Made by a program: the position numbers and the translations under genes. Below are positions 54,598-63,584 of a stretch of DNA of 64,000 nucleotides, one piece after another. The stretch lies in contig JBMHCD010000008.1 in assembly GCA_049890095.1 (NCBI GenBank), forward strand, positions 167,764-231,763, read 5' to 3'. How positions within the stretch are numbered: position 1 is the stretch's first letter; each line of letters opens with the position of its first letter. The notes below the pieces were generated by a model. The model did not search any database and had not been told where the DNA came from. It was given only the letters and a program-made list of their open reading frames with translations. The DNA is from Flavobacteriales bacterium. Its GTDB lineage: Bacteria; Bacteroidota; Bacteroidia; Flavobacteriales; UBA7312.

Positions 54598-56355
54598 ATG
54601 ATGTTTAAATTTACTGCAAAACTTTTCGTTTTTCTATTGTTTTTGAGCTCTTGTGTAGAAAATAGAGATCTATCAAAAAATATAGTTATCGCTCATATTT
54701 CTTCTAATCCAGACGGACTTCATCCATTCAATAACAACTCAGTAATGAGGTCGTTTATCTTTCAGCACACCCAAAAAACACTGGTGAAGTTAGATTTAAA
54801 GTCATTAGAATATATTCCATCGTTGGCCAAAACATTACCTCAAATATCGGATGATGGTTTACACTATACCTACGAATTGAGAGAAGATTTGAAATGGGAC
54901 GATGGAACACAAGTAACGGCTAAGGATGTGGAGTTTACATCTAAAATACAGGTTTGCCCATTAACCGATAATGCAAATGTTAGAGGAAATTATTCATCGG
55001 TTATTAAGGATATAATTTTGTATCCCGATAATCCATTAAAGTTTACTATGGTAGCATTTAATAAAAATGTAACCAACAAAAGCATTTATTCTGAAGTGTA
55101 TATACAGCAAAAATCACATTGGGACAAAGATGGTGCATTGGATGACTTGACTTTTGAGGATATACACAGTCCTAATTTTAAAGAAAAAAAATCATGGTCT
55201 GATTGGTTTAATAAATTTAATCATGGAGATAATAGCTATAAATCGGAATTATTAGTGGGTTTAGGTCCTTATCAAATTACCGATTGGGAAACTGGTTCGT
55301 ACATAATTGCTTCCAGAAAAGAAAATTGGTGGGGAGATAATGATACTCTGATTTATAATCAAAATTATCCTGAGCAAATTATTTTTAAAATAATTACAGA
55401 TGATGCATCTGTGTTTTTGTCTCTTAAAAGCGAAGGGCTTGATGCAACTAATCGAATTGGAACATCAAAGTTGTTTAAACTTCAAAAACATGATTATTTT
55501 AATGAAAATTATTATTCAGATTTCTTAAATCAATATACCTATTATTATTTAGGAATGAATTGTCGTCCGGATGGTATTAAAAGAAAAGCATTTTTTGATG
55601 ACGTAAAAGTTAGAAGAGCAATGGCTCATTTAGTACCAGTTGACGAAATTATAGAGGTTATTTTACATGGTGAAGGTTCGAGACAAGTATCTAATTTATC
55701 ATCTCTAAAAAAGAATTATAACGACACACTTAAATTAATAGATTTAGATGTTGATGCTGCAAAGTTACTTTTAGATGAGAGCGGATGGGTAGACACTGAT
55801 GGGGATAATATAAGAGATAAAGTAGTAAATGGAGAAAAGCTTCAGTTGAGTTTTGAGTTAAGTTATATGAGTTCACCAACCTCAAAAGAAACAGCTTTAA
55901 TTATAAAAGAAAGTTTGTGGAGGGCAGGTGTTGATGTTATACCAACTCCTATGGATTTCACCTTGTTTTATAAAAATGCTCAAGAACATGATTTTGATAT
56001 GATGTTAGGAGGTTGGGGTGGTTCAGCTTCTTATTCGAATCCTTATCAATTGTGGCATACGTCATCATGGGCAAATAAAGGTTCTAACTTTTGTGGATTT
56101 GGTGATGCTGAAAGCGATTCTTTAATTAAATTAGCTAACAGTTCAATTATTGAAGAAGATCATCGAAATGCTATCTGGGCTCTACAGGCAAAAATTTATG
56201 AAGATCAACCATACGTATTTTTATATAGTCCAAAACGTAAGATTGTTATTCACAAACGATTTGAAAATACAGATATGTATTTTGAGAAACCAGGTTTTGT
56301 TCTAAATAACTTTATGTTGAAAGACAATTTTAAAAATCTAACACCAACAAACTAA
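54598..56355 (+). CDS. ABC transporter substrate-binding lipoprotein, family 5 (peptide/nickel, OppA/DppA-like)
   Basis: 585 aa. Lipobox LSSC. SBP_bac_5-like features (LKWDDGTQVTAKDV, GLGPYQI, WGGSASYSNPYQLW). Confidence 0.85.
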   Translation: MMFKFTAKLFVFLLFLSSCVENRDLSKNIVIAHISSNPDGLHPFNNNSVMRSFIFQHTQKTLVKLDLKSLEYIPSLAKTLPQISDDGLHYTYELREDLKWDDGTQVTAKDVEFTSKIQVCPLTDNANVRGNYSSVIKDIILYPDNPLKFTMVAFNKNVTNKSIYSEVYIQQKSHWDKDGALDDLTFEDIHSPNFKEKKSWSDWFNKFNHGDNSYKSELLVGLGPYQITDWETGSYIIASRKENWWGDNDTLIYNQNYPEQIIFKIITDDASVFLSLKSEGLDATNRIGTSKLFKLQKHDYFNENYYSDFLNQYTYYYLGMNCRPDGIKRKAFFDDVKVRRAMAHLVPVDEIIEVILHGEGSRQVSNLSSLKKNYNDTLKLIDLDVDAAKLLLDESGWVDTDGDNIRDKVVNGEKLQLSFELSYMSSPTSKETALIIKESLWRAGVDVIPTPMDFTLFYKNAQEHDFDMMLGGWGGSASYSNPYQLWHTSSWANKGSNFCGFGDAESDSLIKLANSSIIEEDHRNAIWALQAKIYEDQPYVFLYSPKRKIVIHKRFENTDMYFEKPGFVLNNFMLKDNFKNLTPTN

Positions 56356-56358
56356 AAG

Positions 56359-57849
56359 ATGTTAAAATATATAATCAAAAGGATTTTAATTTTCATTCCA
56401 ACACTTGTTGCTATTTCATTATTAGCATTTGTTATTAGTATTGCTGCTCCAGCAGATCCAATTGAGAAATTGACTAACTCTGCTGATAAGGAAGGAGCTG
56501 CTAATCAACAATCTGATGCAACTAAAAAAGTAAAACAAGAGCTTCGTAAGAAACTAGGACTTGACCTTCCAATATTTTATTTTAGTATTGGATCGTTAAG
56601 CGATTGTGATACATTATACAAAATTGATGATAAGGATCACATAGCTTCTTTATCTGAGTTAACGCATCATTATGGCAACTGGGAAGAAATATCTAATTAT
56701 TATCTTTCATTAAACCAAGCACAACTTGCACATGACTTATTAAATCTAGATACCATATATAAATATCAAGATACCTCGAATGATATTTATACAAAGAATC
56801 AGATTAATGATGCAATAACAAAGTCAAGTTTTGAAATTAGTGCTATTCTAGAAACAGCAAATCCAGGTGTTTTAAAATCTAAAATGGCAGACTTAGACGT
56901 ACTATACAGTAAATATAGTTTTTTGATGCCAGTGAAAGAAAAGTTTGATATTTCGAAAATAGCATATGCTACTGTTCGTAATAATTCATCTCACTGGAAA
57001 ACATATGTGCCAAGTATTAAATTTTATGGTTCAAAAAATCAATATCATTTTTGGTTATTTGGAAACGGTAAAGACAGAAAAGGATTGTTTAGAGGAGATT
57101 TTGGATTTTCGTATATAGATAATCAACCAATTGCAACAAAAATATGGTCCAAGGTATGGATTTCATTCTCTTTTACTATTCTTTCCGTGTTGTTTGCATA
57201 CATTATTAGTATACCTCTTGGTATTTATTCTGCATATAAAAAAGACAGCAGATTTGATAGAATATCTTCAATTGTAGTATTTGTTTTATACTCAATGCCA
57301 GGCTTTTTTATTGGAGTATTGTTGTTGTACACTTTTGCTAACCCAGATACATTCCGCTGGTTTCCTGTTTCTGGTATTCAAGATCCAACTATTTTTGATC
57401 CTAATTGGTCATTATCTCAAAAGATTAGCCATCGATTACCATATTTTATATTGCCATTAATTACCTATACATACAGTTCTTTTGCGTTTTTAAGTAGAAT
57501 AATGAGAGTAGGAGTTATTGATGTATTTGGACAGGATTATATCAGAACAGCAAGAGCTAAAGGGCTTGGAGAAGGTAAAGTAGTGATGAAACATGCACTA
57601 AGGAATTCATTATTGCCAATTATAACAGTTTTTGCAAATATTTTTCCTTTAGCAATTGGTGGGTCTGTAATTATTGAAACTATTTTTACTATTCCGGGAA
57701 TGGGCTTTGAAATTTATAATTCTATTTTAAATTCGGATTATCCAATGATAGTTGCTGTATTTACTATTATTGGTTTTTTAACAATGTTAGGTTATTTAAT
57801 AGCGGATGTGTTATACGCTATTGTTGACCCAAGAATATCTTATAAATAA
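56359..57849 (+). CDS. ABC transporter permease (DppB/OppB-like) with a ~150-aa extracytoplasmic insertion
   Basis: 496 aa. N-terminal MLKYIIKRILIFIPTL, EAA-type loop DYIRTARAKGLGEGKVVMKHALRNS, and C-terminal IVDPRISYK. Confidence 0.88.
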   Translation: MLKYIIKRILIFIPTLVAISLLAFVISIAAPADPIEKLTNSADKEGAANQQSDATKKVKQELRKKLGLDLPIFYFSIGSLSDCDTLYKIDDKDHIASLSELTHHYGNWEEISNYYLSLNQAQLAHDLLNLDTIYKYQDTSNDIYTKNQINDAITKSSFEISAILETANPGVLKSKMADLDVLYSKYSFLMPVKEKFDISKIAYATVRNNSSHWKTYVPSIKFYGSKNQYHFWLFGNGKDRKGLFRGDFGFSYIDNQPIATKIWSKVWISFSFTILSVLFAYIISIPLGIYSAYKKDSRFDRISSIVVFVLYSMPGFFIGVLLLYTFANPDTFRWFPVSGIQDPTIFDPNWSLSQKISHRLPYFILPLITYTYSSFAFLSRIMRVGVIDVFGQDYIRTARAKGLGEGKVVMKHALRNSLLPIITVFANIFPLAIGGSVIIETIFTIPGMGFEIYNSILNSDYPMIVAVFTIIGFLTMLGYLIADVLYAIVDPRISYK

Positions 57850-57857
57850 AATTCATA

Positions 57858-59186
57858 ATGGAACAACAAACTACATTTTCATTTAAAAAATACGCTTGGG
57901 CACAGTTTAAGAAAAACAAACCTGCGTTATTTTCATTGTATATATTGGTCTCATTGGTATTTATAGCTCTTTTTGCACCAATCATTGCAAATGATCAACC
58001 GTTATATTGTAAATATGAGGGTGAGACATTTTATCCTGCATTTGAAACAATGATTAATCCTTCGAAATTGGTTGAGGTAACCAATAAAGAAACAAATAAA
58101 GTAGAAGAATTACAATTTGATATTACAGATTGGAGAAGGTTAAATCTAGAGTCTGTTGTATGGGCACCAATCCCATATTCTCCTTCTAAAGGTGATCGTT
58201 ATAATAGAGAATATGTATCTCCACTAGGAGAACAGAGGTATAAGACATCTGATAATGAAATTACAGAAATTCCTACTAGATTAAGACATTTTTTAGGAAC
58301 AGATAATATCGGAAGAGACCTTGCGTCTGGTTTAATCCATGGTACAAGAATATCATTATTGGTAGGGGTTGTTGCTATGGGTATAGCAAGTATTATAGGA
58401 GTTTTTTTAGGAGCAATAGCAGGGTTTTTTGGCGATAGAAATTTGTTAATGACAAGAGGTAAATATTATTTTACTTTAGTCGGAATATTTTTAGCCTTTT
58501 TCTACGGTATAGGTGTGAGAAAATATGTTATTTCTAGTGCTTTTTCGGATGGTTCAGGAGGAGTTATGCAAATGACAATCAGCCTTTTGATAATGATTGC
58601 TATTATCGTAGGATTTAGAAAGATTAGTTTATTGTTTAACTTTGGTTGGCTATCAAAAGAGGTGAATGTTCCTATTGACGCTATTATTTCTAGGGGTATT
58701 GAGATATTAAATTCTATTCCTAGATTAATTTTGATTATTACTATATCTTCTATTTTTGCTAGAAGTATATGGTTGATAATGGTTATAATTGGTTTAACAT
58801 CATGGACCGGAATAGCTAGGTTTACAAGAGCTGAATTTTTGAGAATTCGAGAATTAGAATATGTTCAAGCTGCAAAATCTTTAGGATACTCTAACTTTAG
58901 AGCTATTGCTAAACACGCATTACCCAACGCTTTAGCACCTGTTTTTGTTTCGATAGCATTTGGTGTTGCTTCTGCTATATTAATAGAGAGTTCATTATCT
59001 TTTCTAGGAATTGGAGTTCCGGATGATGTAGTAACATGGGGTTCTTTGTTGAACTTAGGAAGACAAGAGTTTGAAGCGTGGTGGTTAGTAATGTTCCCTG
59101 GTCTGGCTATTTTTGTAACTATCACTATTTATAACCTAATCGGTGAAGGATTAAGAGACGCATTAGATCCTAGGCTTAAAAGTTAA
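57858..59186 (+). CDS. ABC transporter permease (DppC/OppC-like) with an extra hydrophobic insertion
   Basis: 442 aa. HFLGTDNIGRDL, EYVQAAKSLGYSNFRAIAKHALPNA, and C-terminal LRDALDPRLKS. Confidence 0.88.
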   Translation: MEQQTTFSFKKYAWAQFKKNKPALFSLYILVSLVFIALFAPIIANDQPLYCKYEGETFYPAFETMINPSKLVEVTNKETNKVEELQFDITDWRRLNLESVVWAPIPYSPSKGDRYNREYVSPLGEQRYKTSDNEITEIPTRLRHFLGTDNIGRDLASGLIHGTRISLLVGVVAMGIASIIGVFLGAIAGFFGDRNLLMTRGKYYFTLVGIFLAFFYGIGVRKYVISSAFSDGSGGVMQMTISLLIMIAIIVGFRKISLLFNFGWLSKEVNVPIDAIISRGIEILNSIPRLILIITISSIFARSIWLIMVIIGLTSWTGIARFTRAEFLRIRELEYVQAAKSLGYSNFRAIAKHALPNALAPVFVSIAFGVASAILIESSLSFLGIGVPDDVVTWGSLLNLGRQEFEAWWLVMFPGLAIFVTITIYNLIGEGLRDALDPRLKS

Positions 59187-59953
59187 CTTAAATTTTCTTT
59201 AAGTACGTCCTTTAATTGTTTTGGAGAAAGACTAATTTCTAATTTACCATTTTTGGCTATAGATATTTTACCTTTTTCTTCCGAAACTATTATTGCAATA
59301 CAATCACTATTTTCTGTAATTCCTGCCGCTGCTCTATGTCTCATACCTAAATTGTTTGGGAATGAATCATTTTCTATAACTGGCAATACACATCTAGCTG
59401 CCATTACTTGATCTCCAGTAATTATAACCGCTCCATCATGTAAAGGACTGTTTTTAAAAAAAATACTTTGTAAGAATATACTAGAGGTTGTAGCTCTAAT
59501 TGATTCTCCAGATTCTATAAAGTTTTTTAGATTATTTTCTTTTGTTATAACAATAATTGCACCGGTTTTTGTACTAGCCATTTTATCACATGCATCAACA
59601 ATATCATCAATTTTCACTTCTAGACTTGATTCATCATTTACCCAGTTAAATTTTAATACACCACCTTTTGAAAAGAATTTAGTGTTTCCAATCATTAACA
59701 AAAATCGCCTAAGTTCTTGTTGAAAAACAATAATAACTGCAATTACACCAACTCCTATAAATTGTCCAAGTATTTCACTCAAAAGAGCCATTTGTAGTGC
59801 TTCTACTAGCTTCCATAATAAATATATGGCTGTAATTCCTATAAATATTCTAATTGCAACTGTTCCTTTAACTAATTTGTACAATTGGAATAATAGAAAT
59901 GCAACCAGTAAGATATCTAAAATATCAAGAAAATTAAACTCTAAAAAATCCAT
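59183..59953 (-). CDS. cdaA: diadenylate cyclase (c-di-AMP synthase), membrane-anchored CdaA type
   Basis: 256 aa. Three N-terminal TM helices. DAC domain motifs HDGAVII and LGMRHRAAAGITE. Confidence 0.9.
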   Translation of the reverse strand: MDFLEFNFLDILDILLVAFLLFQLYKLVKGTVAIRIFIGITAIYLLWKLVEALQMALLSEILGQFIGVGVIAVIIVFQQELRRFLLMIGNTKFFSKGGVLKFNWVNDESSLEVKIDDIVDACDKMASTKTGAIIVITKENNLKNFIESGESIRATTSSIFLQSIFFKNSPLHDGAVIITGDQVMAARCVLPVIENDSFPNNLGMRHRAAAGITENSDCIAIIVSEEKGKISIAKNGKLEISLSPKQLKDVLKENLS

Positions 59954-60804
59954 TATTTATTGTTTTGAGCGAAGTTAAACAATTTAATACATTCATTTGC
60001 TTCTTTTACATCATGTGCTCTTAAAATAGAAGATCCATTTGATAAACATAACATGTGTAATGCAGTAGTTCCGTTTAAAGAATTAGAAGGGTCAGTATCT
60101 AATACTTTATAAATCATGGATTTTCTTGAAACACCTGACAATATTGGATAACCTAACTGCTTAAACATTTGCATATTATTTAGTAACTGATAGTTTTGTT
60201 CTGTTGTTTTACTAAAACCAAAACCTAAATCAATAATTATTTGATTAACTCCATAAGATTCAAGCTGGTTTATTTTTGATTGGAAAAAATGATAAACAGA
60301 TTGAGTAACGTTAGAGTAATTGGTTTTAGTTTGCATATTTTGAGGAGTTCCTTTCATGTGCATCATTATGTATGGAACGTCAACCTTTTTTATTGTTTCA
60401 AACATTTTGTTATCCAATTGGCCACCTGAAATATCGTTTATGATTCCAACTCCAAAGTCTATTGCTTTTTTTGCAATTTGGGAATGAAAGGTATCGATTG
60501 AAAAAATAGTATTTGGAAATTCTTTATCCAAAATCGTTAAAAAGTCTTTTAGTCTTGACCATTCTTTTTCTGAGGTAATTTCTTTTGAATTAGGGTTAGA
60601 AGAGGCTGCTCCAATATCAATTATGGAAGCTCCTTCATCTAGCATTTTTTGTGTTTGTAGGACTAAATCCTTAATATTATTATACTTGCCTCCATCATAA
60701 AAAGAATCATCTGTTATGTTTAAAATTCCCATTACTTTTGGTGTTGATAAATCCAATGTTTTTGATCCTATTTTCAGTTGATTTTGTTTAATTTTATTGT
60801 GCAT
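59953..60804 (-). CDS. folP: dihydropteroate synthase
   Basis: 283 aa. VMGILNITDDSFYDGG, IIDIGAASS, and INDISGG motifs. TAATG junction with cdaA. Confidence 0.93.
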   Translation of the reverse strand: MHNKIKQNQLKIGSKTLDLSTPKVMGILNITDDSFYDGGKYNNIKDLVLQTQKMLDEGASIIDIGAASSNPNSKEITSEKEWSRLKDFLTILDKEFPNTIFSIDTFHSQIAKKAIDFGVGIINDISGGQLDNKMFETIKKVDVPYIMMHMKGTPQNMQTKTNYSNVTQSVYHFFQSKINQLESYGVNQIIIDLGFGFSKTTEQNYQLLNNMQMFKQLGYPILSGVSRKSMIYKVLDTDPSNSLNGTTALHMLCLSNGSSILRAHDVKEANECIKLFNFAQNNK

Positions 60805-60823
60805 TTTAAAAGAACTACTTTAG

Positions 60824-61357
60824 ATGAAACAAACTATAAAAGAGTATGATGAGGTAATGACCAAATGTAAGGATATTTTCCTCAAAAAAATGAAAGATTA
60901 TGGTGTTGCATGGAGAATTTTAAGATTATCTTCCTTAACTGATCAGATTTTTATAAAGGCTCAACGAATCAGAAGTATTGAAATGAAAGGTGAGCAAAAA
61001 GTTGGAGAAGATATCAGAAATGAATTTATTGGTATTGTAAACTATTCTATAATAGCACTCATTCAATTAGAAAAAGGAGTTGTTGATCAACCAGATATGA
61101 GCCCTGATGAAATAATCCCATTGTATGATACGTTTTACAATAATTCAAAATCATTAATGGAATCCAAAAATCACGATTATGGAGAAGCATGGAGAGAGAT
61201 GAGGGTTTCTTCATTAACTGATCTAATATTGCAAAAATTATTAAGAGTTAAGCAAATTGAAGATAATGATGGTAAAACATTAATTTCGGAAGGAATTGAT
61301 GCGAATTATTATGATATGATCAATTATGCAATTTTTTCACTTATAAAACTAAAATAA
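60824..61357 (+). CDS. DUF1599 domain-containing protein (two tandem copies of the domain)
   Basis: 177 aa. Internal duplication: KDYGVAWRILRLSSLTDQIFIKAQRIRSIE versus HDYGEAWREMRVSSLTDLILQKLLRVKQIE. Confidence 0.75.
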   Translation: MKQTIKEYDEVMTKCKDIFLKKMKDYGVAWRILRLSSLTDQIFIKAQRIRSIEMKGEQKVGEDIRNEFIGIVNYSIIALIQLEKGVVDQPDMSPDEIIPLYDTFYNNSKSLMESKNHDYGEAWREMRVSSLTDLILQKLLRVKQIEDNDGKTLISEGIDANYYDMINYAIFSLIKLK

Positions 61358-61360
61358 ACT

Positions 61361-62500
61361 ATGAAAATTTTAATTGTTATTTCTCGATTTATTGTCGGTG
61401 TTTTATTTATAATCTCAGGATTAATAAAAGCGAATGATGCGATAGGTTTTTCTTATAAACTAGAAGAATATTTTTCTGCTGATGTTTTGAATTTGGAGTT
61501 TTTAATGCCTTTTGCATTAATAATGGCTGCTGGGATTTGTATAGTAGAAATTGTTCTTGGTATAATGGTAATTATTGGAGCTCGTCCAAAAATTACTTCA
61601 AGATTACTGATGGCGATGATTCTATTCTTTACATTCCTAACTTTTTATTCTGCATACTTTAATAAAGTTACTGATTGTGGATGTTTTGGTGATGCTATCA
61701 AATTAACTCCATGGGGTTCTTTCAATAAGGATTTAATATTATTGTTTTTCATTTCTATTCTTTATTTTAAGTATAAAGATATTAAATCAATGTTTTCTGT
61801 TAAAATGGAAAATATGCTGGTTGCAATAGTTACGTTTTTTTCTTTTGCTTTTGTGATTCATACGTATAATCATTTACCAATTAAAGATTTTAGACCATAT
61901 GCTGTGGGTAAAAATATTAGCGAAAGCATGAAAACTTGTGAAGACTTAGGATTGCCATGTACTGAAGAAGCTTATTATTATAAAGTTAAGGATAAAACTA
62001 GTGGTCAAGAGATTGAAATTTTATCAACAGAATATCAAGAAAATTGGCAGAACTATGATTTTATTTCTAGTACTGAAAATGCAATAACATTAGTACAAGG
62101 ATATGAACCAGCTATTACTGATTTTAGTATTTCTTTGAATGGTTTTGATTATACAACCTCGATTCTAGATGAAGAATATGTGTTTTTATTAGTTTGCTAT
62201 AACATAAATAAAACCAATGATAGTCCATTTGATGATATAAATCAATTATATACCTCTATTTTATCAGATTCAATCGCTTCGTTATATGCATTATCGGCCT
62301 CAAGTACAGATGATTTGAATTTATTTAATGAAAGAAATAATTCGAATTTTGAATTTTATTTCACGGATGAGACTACATTAAAAACAATGGTTCGTTCAAA
62401 TCCTGGTTTGATTTTGATGAATAAAGGAACCATAGTTGCTAAATGGCATTTTAATGATTTGCAGTCTTACGAAACGATTAAGAATCATTACTTAAAATAA
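61361..62500 (+). CDS. DoxX/MauE-like membrane protein fused to a thioredoxin-fold-like C-terminal domain (BT_3928-like)
   Basis: 379 aa. Four to five TM helices with a DCGCFGD motif. The soluble C-terminal ~190 aa has a TlpA-like beta-alpha pattern but no CxxC. Confidence 0.68.
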   Translation: MKILIVISRFIVGVLFIISGLIKANDAIGFSYKLEEYFSADVLNLEFLMPFALIMAAGICIVEIVLGIMVIIGARPKITSRLLMAMILFFTFLTFYSAYFNKVTDCGCFGDAIKLTPWGSFNKDLILLFFISILYFKYKDIKSMFSVKMENMLVAIVTFFSFAFVIHTYNHLPIKDFRPYAVGKNISESMKTCEDLGLPCTEEAYYYKVKDKTSGQEIEILSTEYQENWQNYDFISSTENAITLVQGYEPAITDFSISLNGFDYTTSILDEEYVFLLVCYNINKTNDSPFDDINQLYTSILSDSIASLYALSASSTDDLNLFNERNNSNFEFYFTDETTLKTMVRSNPGLILMNKGTIVAKWHFNDLQSYETIKNHYLK

Positions 62501-62503
62501 ATT

Positions 62504-63580
62504 TTGATTTCATTTATTTTCACAAGAATTGGTTATAGTTCTCTAGTTATGTTAGGGGTTATAACAGTAGTTTTTTTCTTGTTTAACATATTGCCTGGTG
62601 ATCCTGCAAGGATGATGTTAGATCAGAGAGAAAATAATGAGCAGCTTCAAAATATTAAAGCTAAATATGGTTTTGATCTACCAATTTATCAACAATATTT
62701 TTTGTATTTAAATGATGTGTCACCAATTTCTATTCATAGAGAAAAAAACAACTCATTTACTAGTTTAGAATCGAAGAAATATTCATTTATAAAAATATTT
62801 AGTTTAAGTAATTTTTCAGTTGTATTAAAGATTCCATATTTAAGAGAATCATTTAAAAATACTGGAGTAGGGGTAAACAAGATTATTTTAAGCACATTGC
62901 CAAATACTATAGTATTAGCATTATGTTCTATTTTAATTGCTTTGTTTCTTGGTTTATTAATTGGGTCTCTTTGTGCTATTTTGAAAGGCACATTATTTGA
63001 TAAGTTAGCACTTTTTTTTGGTGTGTTTGGAATGTCAGTACCTTCTTTTTTTTCAGCAATATTAATAGCTTGGTTTTTTGGCTTTTTATTGTCTGATATC
63101 ACAGGCTTAAGTATGACTGGTAGTTTGTATACAGTTGATGATTATGGTAGAGGTCAATATTTAAGCCTTTCAAATATTATCTTGCCAGCAATTACATTGG
63201 GTATCCGACCTTTAGCAGTAATTATACAGTTAACAAGAAGTTCTGTTTTAGAAACACTTTCTCAAGATTATGTAAGAACGGCTGTTGCAAAAGGCTTGTC
63301 GTACCCGAAGGTTATTTTAAAGCATGTTCTAAAAAACTCACTGAATCCAGTAATTACAGCAATTTCTGGTTGGTTCGCAAGTATGTTGGCAGGGGCTGTT
63401 TTTGTAGAGTATATTTTTGCTTGGAATGGATTAGGTAAAGAAATAGTAGAAGCATTAAATAATTTAGATTTGCCTGTTGTAATGGGTTGTGTGTTAACAA
63501 TTGGATTTATGTTTGTAATAATAAATATTTTAGTAGATATTGTTTATGGTTTATTAGATCCAAGAATAAGAATAAATTAA
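62504..63580 (+). CDS. ABC transporter permease (DppB/OppB-like), orphan paralogue
   Basis: 358 aa with a TTG start. LPGDPARMML, DYVRTAVAKGLSYPKVILKHVLKNS, and C-terminal LLDPRIRIN. Confidence 0.85.
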   Translation: MISFIFTRIGYSSLVMLGVITVVFFLFNILPGDPARMMLDQRENNEQLQNIKAKYGFDLPIYQQYFLYLNDVSPISIHREKNNSFTSLESKKYSFIKIFSLSNFSVVLKIPYLRESFKNTGVGVNKIILSTLPNTIVLALCSILIALFLGLLIGSLCAILKGTLFDKLALFFGVFGMSVPSFFSAILIAWFFGFLLSDITGLSMTGSLYTVDDYGRGQYLSLSNIILPAITLGIRPLAVIIQLTRSSVLETLSQDYVRTAVAKGLSYPKVILKHVLKNSLNPVITAISGWFASMLAGAVFVEYIFAWNGLGKEIVEALNNLDLPVVMGCVLTIGFMFVIINILVDIVYGLLDPRIRIN

Positions 63581-63584
63581 AATT

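Noticed and set aside
1550-63102. Many 60-120 aa antisense or out-of-frame ORFs nested inside confident genes. Examples: 1550..1768, 2479..2703, 4948..5175, 6961..7239, 10564..11099, 16902..17207, 47508..48199, 58865..59125, 62734..63102.
   Set aside because: Each lies wholly within a strongly supported conserved gene on another frame or strand. Their composition is low-complexity, Ser/Leu/Ile/Phe-rich, as expected from AT-rich antisense. None has promoter boxes or recognisable motifs.
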